In this document: positions 1 to 10,516 of the stretch, piece by piece
Numbering within the stretch: position 1 is the first letter of the stretch
Layout: each line of letters opens with the position of its first letter
Assembly (NCBI GenBank): GCA_029856155.1
Contig: JAHQWL010000081.1
Span: 7,812 to 71,811, forward strand
Reading direction: 5' to 3'
Source: Promethearchaeia archaeon
GTDB lineage: Archaea > Asgardarchaeota > Lokiarchaeia > Sigyniarchaeales > SOKP01
DNA: 64,000 bases
Notes under the pieces: generated by a model
Database searches by the model: none
What the model was told of the DNA's origin: nothing
Seen by the model: the letters and a program-made list of their open reading frames with translations, nothing else
Program-made: the position numbers and the translations under genes

Positions 1-1343
1 ATGATATCAAGTGAATCTGCGAAAATTTCGACAGCGAGTTGTTCACGGCCGCCTAGAGTGGATGCGTATTTCCTTAATTGAATGGCGACCTCAATCTCAG
101 GAGCGCCACCACCGCCAACGAGTTTCTGATCTTCTACAACATCTCTAACTACGCAAAGTGAATCATGAATAGCTCTTTCAACTTCATCAATGATAAGTTC
201 AGTTCCTCCTCTTATAAGAATTACAACAGATTTAGGATCTTTACATTCTTCAATGAAAATCCATGAGTCGTTCATAATTTTGCGTTCTTCGACTAATCCA
301 GCCCATCCAAGTTTATCGGAGGTAATATCATCAAGGTTAGTAAAAATTGCACCACCAGTGGCTTTTGCGAGTTTTTCAATATCAGATTTTTTCACTCTTC
401 TTACTGCCGTAATTCCTGCTTTAGTAAGGAAATGCTGAGCCATATCATCAATTCCTTTTTGACAAATTACGACATTTGCTCCAGAATTTGCGATTTTTTC
501 AGTCATAGTTCTTAGCATATGTTCTTCTTCATCTAAGAATTGCTGGATTTGGTCTGGGCTAGTAATTTGAAGTTTGGTATCAAATTCAGTTTTTTCAATT
601 TCTATTGCGCTTTGCAATAGTAAAATTTTCGCATCCCTAATACTTTTTGGCATGCCAGGGCTTACAACTTCTTTATCTAGGATAATACCTTTAATTAAAC
701 TGGTATCATCAATTGAGTCTCCTTCTTTCTTCTGAATTTGGACTTTTTCAATATCAGCAACCCATTTTCCATTCTCAGATTTTTCGGCAACAGCTAAAAT
801 AGCATCCATACAAATCTGAGCTAACTTTTCTTTTGATTCAGATACAATTTTACTAGACATACAAGTCATAGCAGCATTCTTCAATCCTTCCTTATCATCA
901 ATTCCACTTTTAATTGAAATATTATCAAGGATTTCAACTGCTTTTTCTGCTGCTTTTCGGAAGCCTTCAGTAATTACTGTAGGATGTATTTTCTGTTCTA
1001 TCAATTTTTTAGCGCGCTTTAATAATTCTCCGGCAAGAATAACTGATGTCGTTGTTCCATCACCAACTTCTGAGTCTTGAGTCTTAGCAACTTCGACCAT
1101 CATTTTGGCAGCAGGATGTTGTACATCAATTTCTTTTAAAATTGTTGCACCGTCATTTGTGATTACAACGTCACCGAACTGGTCTACGAGCATCTTATCC
1201 ATGCCTCGAGGTCCAAGTGAAGTTCTCACAGCTTCAGCAATAACTATTGCGGCAGCAATGTTGTTTGACATCGCATCTCTTCCACGTTGTCTTTCTGTAC
1301 CTTCTTTCATAATAAATACGGGTGTTCCGCCTAATTGTGCCAT
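1..1343 (-). CDS. ths: Thermosome / group II chaperonin subunit (N-terminal ~447 aa; C-terminus runs off the left edge)
   Basis: Own translation of the minus strand from ATG (complement of 1341-1343): [96 protein letters not shown]. These are classic CCT/thermosome equatorial-domain motifs. It is absent from the ORF track because there is no stop inside the window. Confidence 0.92.
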   Translation of the reverse strand, partial: MAQLGGTPVFIMKEGTERQRGRDAMSNNIAAAIVIAEAVRTSLGPRGMDKMLVDQFGDVVITNDGATILKEIDVQHPAAKMMVEVAKTQDSEVGDGTTTSVILAGELLKRAKKLIEQKIHPTVITEGFRKAAEKAVEILDNISIKSGIDDKEGLKNAAMTCMSSKIVSESKEKLAQICMDAILAVAEKSENGKWVADIEKVQIQKKEGDSIDDTSLIKGIILDKEVVSPGMPKSIRDAKILLLQSAIEIEKTEFDTKLQITSPDQIQQFLDEEEHMLRTMTEKIANSGANVVICQKGIDDMAQHFLTKAGITAVRRVKKSDIEKLAKATGGAIFTNLDDITSDKLGWAGLVEERKIMNDSWIFIEECKDPKSVVILIRGGTELIIDEVERAIHDSLCVVRDVVEDQKLVGGGGAPEIEVAIQLRKYASTLGGREQLAVEIFADSLDI

Positions 1344-1552
1344 TTTTTTCACTCTTAGTAAATATATTTATTGAATAAATTTTTGAAATAATATTTTATT
1401 TATATAGATCTCTAAGTCATAAAATTAAAAAAGTTTACGAATTTTCAATTCCGTAAGAAAAATAACTGAATTTTATAATTTTTAAAGAATCAGACCAATA
1501 ATGAGAAATTTACCACCTTATTTTATAAAAGATATAAAAATAAGATATGTCT

Positions 1553-1717
1553 TTATTTAGTGAGTTCTCTCTTTTTGAGTCTTAGATCTTTTCCATGGCA
1601 TCTACGGCATTTCTTTGCTCTAAGTGGATTAAGGGCTCCACATCTTCTACATACAGTTTTTTCTAGTAGATGATATCTCGCGATTCTCCTCTTCACTGGA
1701 TCGTCTATAGGGCTCAT
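1553..1717 (-). CDS. rpl40e: Ribosomal protein L40e (54 aa zinc-ribbon)
   Basis: Own translation: MSPIDDPVKRRIARYHLLEKTVCRRCGALNPLRAKKCRRCHGKDLRLKKRELTK, TAA stop. It has a CxxC..CxxC ribbon and basic composition, and its size matches L40e. It falls below the ORF-track length cutoff. Confidence 0.8.
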   Translation of the reverse strand: MSPIDDPVKRRIARYHLLEKTVCRRCGALNPLRAKKCRRCHGKDLRLKKRELTK

Positions 1718-1905
1718 TATTCTTCAATCAATATTTTATTCCAAAGAAATTTATACTTAAATCAAATAGTAATAAGAATAATTTCTAAAACACATGATTA
1801 AAAATAAAATTTTTGTTTAGGCTATAGTAAAATATGATAAAATTAAAATTCTATAAATAATAGATCTATTCATACTTTACATCAAGTAAGATTAGTTGAG
1901 TTAAC

Positions 1906-2100
1906 GTGCCAAGAGAAATTTTTGAAGAAAATAAATTCATAGAAATCTCCGAATATGCAATTCATTGTCGAGTTAAGCGCTTAAAAGATATTGTGAAGCT
2001 AAAATTAAGAACCAAGAAAATTCTTTATACATATAAAACGGATCCAGCGACAGCAGAAAGATTACTAAGAAATATTAGTTGCGATATTATAGAATTATAA
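1906..2100 (+). CDS. rpl38e: Ribosomal protein L38e
   Basis: GTG start. MPREIFEENKFIEIS..VKRLKDIVKLKLRTKKILYTYKTDPATAERLL aligns by eye with eukaryotic RPL38 ([37 protein letters not shown]). Confidence 0.75.
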   Translation: MPREIFEENKFIEISEYAIHCRVKRLKDIVKLKLRTKKILYTYKTDPATAERLLRNISCDIIEL

Positions 2101-2294
2101 AGTTTGCTTAATTGAAAAATGATTAATTTACTCTGCTAATAAAATTGGAGACTAACTTATTTTAAGATTTAATTTGGAAAACTAAAAAAATAAAGAAAAT
2201 ATAATTTTAAACTCCTTTTTTCGGAATAGTTAATTTTTTATTATTTTATAATGATCTTATTTTTAAAAATGATGATGATTAAGATGATTTAGCA

Positions 2295-2643
2295 ATGATA
2301 CAAGCATTATATATTTTTCAGAGTGAGTCAAAGGACCATATGTACAATAAGAATTTTCAAAGTGATGAAAAATTGGAGATGTTTGATTTATTTTTTTCAG
2401 CATTGCAAACTTTTATCTCAGAACTTACTGAAAGCAGTACGGAATCGTTAAATACCATTGAATTAGGCGAGTATTTTGTTTTAATTATACAAATTCATGA
2501 AATTTTATCTGACTTATGAAAATTTTGTAGATATTCAGATGATAGACAAATATAAAGCTCTTGCTAAAATAATACTTAGTAAAAATAAAGTTTCCCGGGA
2601 GGAGTTTAAACAAGCACTGAAAGAAATGTCAACGATTGATTAA
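2295..2643 (+). pseudogene. Longin/roadblock-like small protein, interrupted by an apparent 1-nt frameshift at the T4 run 2503-2506
   Basis: ORF 2295-2519 (MIQALYIFQSE..FFSALQTFISEL..YFVLIIQIHEI) stops at TGA 2517-2519. The +1 frame continues as YLTYENFVDIQMIDKYKALAKIILSK..STID* to 2643. The joined sequence parallels the paralogue at 35041-35790 (..DLIYLATYDSKSELIEVQQFLHKISNSFL). Confidence 0.45.
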
Positions 2644-2901
2644 GAAATAAGCGAGTATTTATCTTTAAATGTATAATTGCGAGTTATGTATGTAAAATTC
2701 AGAATATATCTATATATAATTTTTTATAAAGCAATAATTTGTATAATTCACAGAACATAAGTCTATTTAAAAAATAATTTTAAGAATCCTTATAATAAAA
2801 TTAATTAACCATTTTTAATAGATAACAATCATAATATCATTAATCAATAGGACTTAATAGAATATAATTTAAGCTAGATTAATTAACCCGGTTTAGAGTT
2901 A

Positions 2902-3414
2902 ATGAAAGTTCTTCCTGCAGATAAAACATGCATAAATTCTGGTTTTTTATGTACCAATTGTCAAGCTAGGTTGGATGCGGGAGAAATATCGGAATTTGAA
3001 ATTGATTTGGCAAAAGATTTAATTCAATTAGAGGAACAAGAAGAACAATTTGCTTTTTTAAAAGAAATTTCATTTTATAAGGCTATTGATTATGAAGATC
3101 TAATAATACTAGTTGTTGGGAGAAAAGATAAATTGAAAATAACTCCCGATTTGATAGCATGGATCAAAGAAGCATATGAGATTGATGAACTAATTTTTAT
3201 TGAAAAAACAAATAAACCTCGTCCAGTTGTGGAAGCTTTAATTACGCCATACAAACTTTTATCCCTTAATGAAATATTTTTAGCTACAGGGGATGTTCAA
3301 TTTAGGGCAGTGCTTTGGGAAGATGATAGAGAAAAAATTTTGTTTACTAAAGAGGAACTTGAAGAATTGATTTATGAATTAACTGGAAATATTACACGGG
3401 TTGAATTTCAATAA
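2902..3414 (+). CDS. Zn-ribbon plus NusA-like/KH-like RNA-binding protein (archaeal family)
   Basis: The N-terminal CINSGFLCTNCQARLDAGEISEFEIDL motif and the C-terminal VVEALITPYKL..FRAVL..ELTGNITRVEF pattern resemble archaeal NusA-like KH proteins. No GxxG loop is visible, so the call is tentative. Confidence 0.4.
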   Translation: MKVLPADKTCINSGFLCTNCQARLDAGEISEFEIDLAKDLIQLEEQEEQFAFLKEISFYKAIDYEDLIILVVGRKDKLKITPDLIAWIKEAYEIDELIFIEKTNKPRPVVEALITPYKLLSLNEIFLATGDVQFRAVLWEDDREKILFTKEELEELIYELTGNITRVEFQ

Positions 3415-3461
3415 TCAATAAGATTTAATTAGCTATTTTTCTAATATTTAATAGATTTACC

Positions 3462-3818
3462 GTGGAAGAATATAAACAAGTAATTTTAATAAGAACTGAT
3501 CTTAAAATGGGAGTTGGTAAAAAGTGTGCTCAGTCTTGTCATGCTAGTGTTTCAGCATCAGATCTAGTCCGGATCCAAGATAAATCAGCTTGGAAGTATT
3601 GGAAGAATACTGGACAGAAAAAAGTGGTTCTTAAAATCCAAAGTATGGACCAATTAAAAGATTTAGTAGTTAAATTTGAATCGAAAAAACTACCATATTT
3701 TGTTGTTAATGATGCAGGATTAACTCAATTAACACCAGGCACAACAACTGCTATCGGAATTGGCCCCGTGTTATCTAAGGAGATTGATAAAATAACTGGA
3801 GATTTAAAACTATTATAA
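3462..3818 (+). CDS. pth2: Peptidyl-tRNA hydrolase, archaeal/eukaryotic type (Pth2)
   Basis: [64 protein letters not shown]. Typical PTH2 motifs and size (118 aa). Confidence 0.88.
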   Translation: MEEYKQVILIRTDLKMGVGKKCAQSCHASVSASDLVRIQDKSAWKYWKNTGQKKVVLKIQSMDQLKDLVVKFESKKLPYFVVNDAGLTQLTPGTTTAIGIGPVLSKEIDKITGDLKLL

Positions 3819-3840
3819 TATAATCATCTAGGCTAAAAAA

Positions 3841-5232
3841 TTGTTCGATCAAGAAATTGATACTTATTTTTTTAAAAGTAATGATGAAAAAGAAGTAGAA
3901 AAATTTGTAGGTATTGAAGTATATACTACATCTAAAATTAGAGGAATTGGAGGAGAATATAAAAAGAATTTTAAGGATTTTATAGTAAAAGAAATAGATA
4001 ATAATGGGAAAACACTTAGTATTAAGGAAAATTATAAATCTCACCCTTTTTCTGAAGAATTGAAGGATAGGTATACAACCTTCAATTTAATAAAAATTAA
4101 TAGAGATACGTTTGAAGCTTTAAGAAAGATAAGTAACACTTTAAAAATCCCTTATGGAATTATAAATTATTCAGGATTAAAAGATAAATTTTCTATTTCA
4201 GTTCAAAAAATTTCAATTAAGGGAGATTATATTGATGAATTAAAAAAATTAAATTTAAAGGATATTTTCATTAGAAATATACATCCAACTAAGAAACCTG
4301 TCAAATTAGGAAGTCATCAAGGTAATAATTTTACAGTCTTAATAAGAAATATAGAAAATAGTAAGAATTTAAGAGATAATTTAGAAAAATTAATTAATTT
4401 TTTAAGTAATTTTGGATTCCCCAACTATTTTGGCCTTCAAAGATTTGGTAGTTATAGACCAAATTCTCATAAAGTTGGACAATATATTCTAGAAGGTAAT
4501 TTTAAGAATGCATTTGAGGAATTTGTGTCGACTACTTATACTACAGAATCTGATGAATCAAAATTAGTGAGGAGAGAATTCAGAAGTGATAGAGATTTTG
4601 AAAAAGCTTATGCAAACTTTCCAAAAAACTTAAAATATGAAAGAAATATGCTCTATTATCTGATTAAAAATCCAGAAGATTATGAGGGTACTATTAATAC
4701 ATTACCCTCTGATTTAAAAAAATTATTAATTAGTTCCTTTCAATCATATATTTTTAATAAAATGCTTTCTTTAAGAGTTGAGAAAGGCTTCCCTTTATTT
4801 AAACCAATAAAAGGCGATGTAATTAGCATATTAGATGACTATAATGGAAATGTCACTAATGTGAAATACATTTATGGGGAATCTTATGATAAATATCTGA
4901 AAAAGGCTATAGATTTAAATCGAGCGGCAATAATAATGCCTATTATTGGGAGTAATACTGATTTAGAGTTATTTCCATTAATGAAATCACTATTCGAAGA
5001 AATTGCTAAGCGGGAAGAGATTGATAAATATATTTTATGTAGCAAATTGAACACAGAACTAGAAATGAGAGGTGCTCTTAGAACGATTACGGCTAAACCA
5101 ACTGCTCTAAAAATGTTAGAGTTTACGGAGGACGATCTTAATCCTAGAAAGAAAAAAGTCAAATTTGAATTTTCTTTACAAAAAGGAAGCTACGCTACGA
5201 TGTTGATTAGAGAACTTATTGGATCACCTTAA
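3841..5232 (+). CDS. truD: tRNA pseudouridine(13) synthase TruD/Pus7 family
   Basis: GLKDKFSISVQKISI (GxKD catalytic motif) and FPNYFGLQRFG are TruD hallmarks. TTG start. Confidence 0.85.
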   Translation: MFDQEIDTYFFKSNDEKEVEKFVGIEVYTTSKIRGIGGEYKKNFKDFIVKEIDNNGKTLSIKENYKSHPFSEELKDRYTTFNLIKINRDTFEALRKISNTLKIPYGIINYSGLKDKFSISVQKISIKGDYIDELKKLNLKDIFIRNIHPTKKPVKLGSHQGNNFTVLIRNIENSKNLRDNLEKLINFLSNFGFPNYFGLQRFGSYRPNSHKVGQYILEGNFKNAFEEFVSTTYTTESDESKLVRREFRSDRDFEKAYANFPKNLKYERNMLYYLIKNPEDYEGTINTLPSDLKKLLISSFQSYIFNKMLSLRVEKGFPLFKPIKGDVISILDDYNGNVTNVKYIYGESYDKYLKKAIDLNRAAIIMPIIGSNTDLELFPLMKSLFEEIAKREEIDKYILCSKLNTELEMRGALRTITAKPTALKMLEFTEDDLNPRKKKVKFEFSLQKGSYATMLIRELIGSP

Positions 5233-6727
5233 TTTCATGTTTTTTAATAGTTTCGATTCCAAAAATATCAATTACTTTTACTACCACCTTAAAATAGCCC
5301 GGTTTATCATAATAATGACCATCTGATCTTAAAGATAATTTTCTGAATTTTGGGTTTCTATAAGAATAAAACATGTTTTTAAAAATATTATTTTTCGAAT
5401 CAAAATCAATAGCCCAATAGTCAATCCAATCCGAGAAAGACTTTATATTTTCTAATATTTTCTCTGATATTAAATCTATAAATGGTATTTTATAATCTAT
5501 TAATTCTACCGTAATTACATTATCATTTTGATGGATTTTAGTCTTAAATTCAGGAGTTTCTCTGACTTTTAAACTTTTTTCATTCACATTTTCTCTCTTT
5601 AAAAATGCATCTGAGAGGGTATATTCTTCTTCATTTTTATCTATGCCTTCTATTTTAAATGGTTGAGGATTCTTATCATATTTTTTATTCCAATTTATCA
5701 TATCATTACTCTGACTAAGGTTTAGAATTCTTTTTCTCGTCATATGAATCGCATGTTTGTTTGAGTCACATCCAATCCAATATCTTCCTAACTTTTCTGC
5801 TACGGCGAGTGCAGTACCTGAACCACAAAAAAAATCTGCAATGATATCATTTTCCTTTGTTGAGGATAATATTATCCTTTTAAGAAGTCTTTCTGGTTTT
5901 TGTGTGGAAAAACCTTGATATTCTGATGTATTCGCTCTTATATAGGGAACATCATTCCAAACATCTCTCGGGAAAATTCCTTCTTTCTCTACATAAACTT
6001 TTCTCGATAATTTTTTTCGATTATGGCTTCCACCTCTATAATAAAATATCCCATGCTCATCTTTCTTTAACGCGTTTTTAACCCGATTTGAGTACTCCAT
6101 ATAAATATTAGGATTATCGTTAAATACATAATTATCTGATTTTGAATAAAAAAGAATAGTATCGTAGGATCTAATGAAAAAACTTCTGGTTTTAACCGAT
6201 GCTGCGGGATATGCCCAAATTATTTCATTCCTAAAATTTTCTATCCCAAATATCTCATCCATTATTAGTTTTATATAGTGAGAAATATGCCAATCTAGAT
6301 GTACAAATATTGATCCACTAATTTTTAGCAGTTCTCTCATTAAAATAAGCCTCTCATGCAGAAAATTCAAATATGTTTCCAATCCTTCTTTCCACTTATC
6401 TTTATAAGCAATATCGTCTATATAATTACCATCTTCCCCTATTTGAATCTTAAAATTGAAGTTACTTCCCGTACCAAATGGGGGATCGATATAAATTAGA
6501 GATATTTTATTTTTAAATTCATCTAACAATGAATTCATTACTACTTTATTATCCCCCCAAATTAGTAGATTTTGCCATTTTTGTTCCGATTTAGAATCAA
6601 TACTGATAGATGGATATATATCGAGAATATGAAGAGGTTTAGTTTCATATAATTTTGAAATACTATCCTCTCTTTCCACTTTGCCTTTCCATTTCAATTC
6701 AACCATAAATATAAGATAAGAAAGCAA
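5216..6727 (-). CDS. DNA methyltransferase, beta-class N6-adenine/N4-cytosine type, with a ~170-aa C-terminal extension
   Basis: Motif IV LIYIDPPFGTGSNF lies N-terminal to motif I ADFFCGSGTALAVAEKLGRYWIGCDSN, which is the beta-class order. The C-terminal region is DYWAIDFDSKNNIF..YFKVVVKVIDIFGIE. An alternative ATG start sits at 6706. The 3' end overlaps truD by 17 nt in convergent orientation. Confidence 0.8.
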   Translation of the reverse strand: MLSYLIFMVELKWKGKVEREDSISKLYETKPLHILDIYPSISIDSKSEQKWQNLLIWGDNKVVMNSLLDEFKNKISLIYIDPPFGTGSNFNFKIQIGEDGNYIDDIAYKDKWKEGLETYLNFLHERLILMRELLKISGSIFVHLDWHISHYIKLIMDEIFGIENFRNEIIWAYPAASVKTRSFFIRSYDTILFYSKSDNYVFNDNPNIYMEYSNRVKNALKKDEHGIFYYRGGSHNRKKLSRKVYVEKEGIFPRDVWNDVPYIRANTSEYQGFSTQKPERLLKRIILSSTKENDIIADFFCGSGTALAVAEKLGRYWIGCDSNKHAIHMTRKRILNLSQSNDMINWNKKYDKNPQPFKIEGIDKNEEEYTLSDAFLKRENVNEKSLKVRETPEFKTKIHQNDNVITVELIDYKIPFIDLISEKILENIKSFSDWIDYWAIDFDSKNNIFKNMFYSYRNPKFRKLSLRSDGHYYDKPGYFKVVVKVIDIFGIETIKKHEIKVIQ

Positions 6728-6791
6728 AAATTTTATTTTTAATTTAATTTTAAAGAATATGTTCGAGAAAAAATTGAGAGTTGTAGATTAG

Positions 6792-8114
6792 TTGGAGCTC
6801 GATAATTTAGGAGATTGGAGAAAAACGCATTTCACTAAAGATGTAACAATAGAACTTGTGAGTAAAGAAGTTATTTTAGGTGGATGGGTTCGTAATTATA
6901 GAAATCTTGGAGGCTTAAAATTCATCTCTTTGCAAGATAAATATGGAGAGCGTCAAATAACCTTGAAAAAGGGAGTCGTTTCCGATGAATTATTTGAAAA
7001 AGCGAAGGTTGGATATCAATACTGTATAATGGTAAAAGGAATTGTGAAAAAATTTAAGGAGGCACCTGGAGGAATTGAAATAATCCCCTCTGCATTAAAA
7101 ATATTAAATACAACTCCTGATAAACTTCCTATAGATATGACAGGAGAAACCGTCTCAGAGTTAGATCTTAGATTAAATAATAGGGCTTTAGATTTAAGAT
7201 CACTAAAAAATCAAGCTGTGTTTAGAATCAGAGGAGAAATGTTTAAGTCAATTCGAAAATTTTTATTTGAACGTAATTTCACTGAAATGACAACTCCAAA
7301 GATTATAGCTTCTGCAACAGAGGGAGGTACTGAGCTATTTCCAATTATATATTTTGAAAAAGAAGCATTTCTTACTCAGTCAGCTCAATTATATAAAGAA
7401 CAATTAAGTGGAGTTTATGAAAGGGTTTTTGAAATAAGTGATTGCTTTAGAGCAGAAAAACATCGTACAAAAAGACATTTATGTGAAATCCTTACGTTAG
7501 ATGTCGAAATAGCTTTTTCTACAATGGAAGATGTTCTTAAACTTTTAGAAGAACTTGTTTATAATGTTCTAGAGGATATAAGAGAAAACCAGATGACTGC
7601 TTTAGACTATTTAGAAATGGAAAATATATCAATGACACCAGAAATTCCCTTTCCTAGATATAAATACGAAGAAATCATTGAATTAATATCCACTAAATTT
7701 GGAATTAATATTGAGTTTGGAGAGGATATATCTACTGAAGCTTATCGAAAATTGGGTAAAGAATTAACAAGTTATTATTACATAACTCATTGGCCAATGT
7801 CCATTAAACCTTTTTACATTATGCCTTCGAAAGATTCTAAATATAGTGAATCGTTCGATTTGCAGAAGGGAATGTTAGAATTAACCTCTGGAGGAACTAG
7901 AGTTCACAATAAGGAACAACTAATAAATGCCCTTGAAAGTAAAGGGCTGAATTCATCTTCTTTCAGATCTCATCTAAATTCATTTGATTACGGTATGCCT
8001 CCACATGCAGGATTTGGTTTAGGTATAGATAGGTGGCTCACAATGATATGTGGACTTAATGATATTAGAGAAGCTGTAATGTATCCTCGAACAGCGGATA
8101 GATTAACACCTTAA
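6792..8114 (+). CDS. aspS: Aspartyl-tRNA synthetase (archaeal type)
   Basis: Class II motifs are present: FRAEKHRTKRHLCEILTLDVE, GMPPHAGFGLGIDRW, and a C-terminal PRTADRLTP. An N-terminal OB anticodon-binding region is also visible. Confidence 0.9.
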   Translation: MELDNLGDWRKTHFTKDVTIELVSKEVILGGWVRNYRNLGGLKFISLQDKYGERQITLKKGVVSDELFEKAKVGYQYCIMVKGIVKKFKEAPGGIEIIPSALKILNTTPDKLPIDMTGETVSELDLRLNNRALDLRSLKNQAVFRIRGEMFKSIRKFLFERNFTEMTTPKIIASATEGGTELFPIIYFEKEAFLTQSAQLYKEQLSGVYERVFEISDCFRAEKHRTKRHLCEILTLDVEIAFSTMEDVLKLLEELVYNVLEDIRENQMTALDYLEMENISMTPEIPFPRYKYEEIIELISTKFGINIEFGEDISTEAYRKLGKELTSYYYITHWPMSIKPFYIMPSKDSKYSESFDLQKGMLELTSGGTRVHNKEQLINALESKGLNSSSFRSHLNSFDYGMPPHAGFGLGIDRWLTMICGLNDIREAVMYPRTADRLTP

Positions 8115-8145
8115 TTAAAATATAATAATAAAATTTTGTAAGAAT

Positions 8146-9063
8146 ATGACAAATAACTATATTCAAGATTATATTAAAGCTGGGAAGGGAGCTATAGCAG
8201 CGAAAAAACTAGCGAAGAAATTAGTTAAACCAGGAGAATCTTTTTTAAAAATTGCTAATAAATGTGAAGCTGAGATAATTAAAAATGAATGTGAATTGTC
8301 ATTTCCAATCAATATGTCTTTAAATGAAATTGCTGCTCATTATAGTCCTCCAATAGATGATCAAACTATAGTTCCTGAAAAAGGGTTATTAAAAATTGAT
8401 GTTGGAGCACACTATAATGGTTTTATAGCAGATTCTGCATTTACAATAAATATTGATGAAGATCCAAAGCTTCAGAATTATATTGAAGCTGCAAAAGAAG
8501 CTCTTGAAGCTGCAATTGAATTGTTCAAACCTGGAATTAGATTATATGAAATGGGGGAAGTTATCGAGCAAAAGATTATAAATCGAGGTCTAAAACCTAT
8601 AAAAAATTTAGGTGGTCATGAATTAAAACAATATGATTTACATGCAGGTCCTTTCATTCCAAACCATAAAGATATAATACATAATCAAATACTTAAACCC
8701 GGAGATGCATATGCTTGTGAACCTTTCGTAACTTCTGGAGCAGGGAGTGTTGAAAATGGGGATCATGCTTATATATTTCGGTTTTTAAAGAGAGTAAAAA
8801 AAAATATGTCTTATGAACATTTAGGATATATGAATAAAATCGAAAGTAATTTTGGACGACTTCCCTTTACCCCTCGATGGATCGAAAAGAATAATCTTAT
8901 CCCAAAAAGTAAAATTCAACGAACGCTTGAATTTTTCATGAGTAAAAAAATCATAGGTAACTATCCTATTTTAATTGAAATGCTTAAAAAACCAGTTGCT
9001 CAAGAAGAACATACAATTATTCTGGATGAAGAAGGGAAACAAATTGTTACTACAAGAGAATAA
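8146..9063 (+). CDS. map: Methionine aminopeptidase type 2
   Basis: AHYSP.., DVGAHYNGFIADSAFT, GGHELKQYDLHAGPFIPN and EHTIIL give a pita-bread fold with the archaeal type-2 insert. Confidence 0.9.
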   Translation: MTNNYIQDYIKAGKGAIAAKKLAKKLVKPGESFLKIANKCEAEIIKNECELSFPINMSLNEIAAHYSPPIDDQTIVPEKGLLKIDVGAHYNGFIADSAFTINIDEDPKLQNYIEAAKEALEAAIELFKPGIRLYEMGEVIEQKIINRGLKPIKNLGGHELKQYDLHAGPFIPNHKDIIHNQILKPGDAYACEPFVTSGAGSVENGDHAYIFRFLKRVKKNMSYEHLGYMNKIESNFGRLPFTPRWIEKNNLIPKSKIQRTLEFFMSKKIIGNYPILIEMLKKPVAQEEHTIILDEEGKQIVTTRE

Positions 9064-9904
9064 TTTCAAAGAAAAAATATCTGGAGTCATTTTATGCGCT
9101 GGAGAGGGAAAGCGACTTAAAAAATTTACAAAAAATACCCCTAAATCATTAATAAAAATAGAAAAATTAGATAATATTTCAATTCTCCATCATAGTATTA
9201 ATAATCTAATTAATTTAGAAATAAAACAAATAGGCGTGGTTATTGGTTATTTAGGAGATTCCATCCGTGAATTCATTTTATCATTGGAAAAAAAAAATCA
9301 AACCATACAAGATAAATTAATAATAATAGATACTGAAAATCAGTATAAATTTGGACCACTATATTCATTATTATCAATAATCAAAAATAAAGATTTCTTC
9401 ACATTGAAAAATTACTTCTTAGTAATTCCTGGTGATACAATTTTTGATTATAACTTACTAAAAGAAGTTTTATCTATAACATCTAATAATTTTGATTTGA
9501 TTCAGGTGCATCCCTTTATTTTTTATAGGATTATAGGATTACAACCATTAAAAGAACTATATAATGTAAATAGTATAATTTCAAATGCTGAAATTGAGAA
9601 TTTCGGGTCAAAAACTATTTTAAAAAAAATAACTCAAGGAAAAATTAAAAATTTACCTTTAAAAAAGGTTATTAATCAAATTATTCCGGTAACTGTATTT
9701 AATTATCATTTTATTAATGAGATGTTGAATTTGAAAGGAAAAATACCATATAAAACAGTATGGGAATCAATGAACTATATGGTTAATAATGGAAAAAAAA
9801 TCTATGCTTTTGAAATAAAAAGTAAACACCAATTTTATGATATTGATAATAAAAATGATCTTAAAAGCCTAAAAAAAAAAGAGGACAATAGGTGCTCCGA
9901 TTAA
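9026..9904 (+). CDS. Sugar-phosphate nucleotidyltransferase-like protein
   Basis: GVILCAGEGKRLKKFTKNTPKSLIKI is the NTP-transferase G-loop signature. The track ORF starts at 8975 inside map, so I prefer the ATG at 9026. The start remains uncertain. Confidence 0.6.
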   Translation: MKKGNKLLLQENNFKEKISGVILCAGEGKRLKKFTKNTPKSLIKIEKLDNISILHHSINNLINLEIKQIGVVIGYLGDSIREFILSLEKKNQTIQDKLIIIDTENQYKFGPLYSLLSIIKNKDFFTLKNYFLVIPGDTIFDYNLLKEVLSITSNNFDLIQVHPFIFYRIIGLQPLKELYNVNSIISNAEIENFGSKTILKKITQGKIKNLPLKKVINQIIPVTVFNYHFINEMLNLKGKIPYKTVWESMNYMVNNGKKIYAFEIKSKHQFYDIDNKNDLKSLKKKEDNRCSD

Positions 9905-10516
9905 TCCAAGTATAATTGATTCAAGGGACTTTGGCAAAATCATTATCCATTGAAGCAATTTTGTAATCAAAGCTCCTATTTACAAATTTATACCTTTTTT
10001 CGATATAAGTGTACTCAAGTTTCAATGTCTCTGGTACCAAATATTTAAAACTCTTAATTCGACACGAATATAAGCATTAATGCCAAATTGTCTTGTAAAT
10101 CAATATCGAATAAATTTAAGTATAGATGTGCGTGAAAAATAAATTCCTGTTTCAACTTGCTAATTTAGAAGCATTATACATCTTTTCCCCGCGTTAAAAA
10201 AGGAATGAATGATTAAAATCTTTGAAAGATATTAGGTTGATTTTAGATTCTTAGAGCCCGAATAAAAAAACTTTGTCGGAAATAAAATATTAATTCATTT
10301 TAAGGTAACGATTAATTCGGTGTAAAAACCGCAGTTTTGTATCCAAATCCAATGCAAAATTTACCTATTGTCCAGATAAATATATGATAATTTGACTATT
10401 TAAATTTTATTATTAAGGACAATAATAAAATCATTGGTATCTACGACAAAAAATTAATTATTTTTAGAATTAAATTAAAATAATATAAATATCAGAAATT
10501 ACATTATTTATAAAAT

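Noticed and set aside
190-1374. Plus-strand ORFs 190-438 and 1105-1374
   Set aside because: They lie antisense inside the thermosome gene, whose minus-strand translation is unmistakable. These are shadow ORFs of a strongly conserved gene.
1344-1552. TATA/BRE promoter calls upstream of genes, for example tatataaata and aataaatatattt upstream of the thermosome
   Set aside because: Intergenic DNA here is so AT-rich that TATA-like strings occur everywhere. Without transcription-start data, individual promoter calls would be unsupported.
3775-4044. Minus-strand 89-aa ORF spanning the pth2 to truD junction
   Set aside because: It overlaps two well-supported plus-strand genes. Its translation is an F/I/Y/K-rich low-complexity string.
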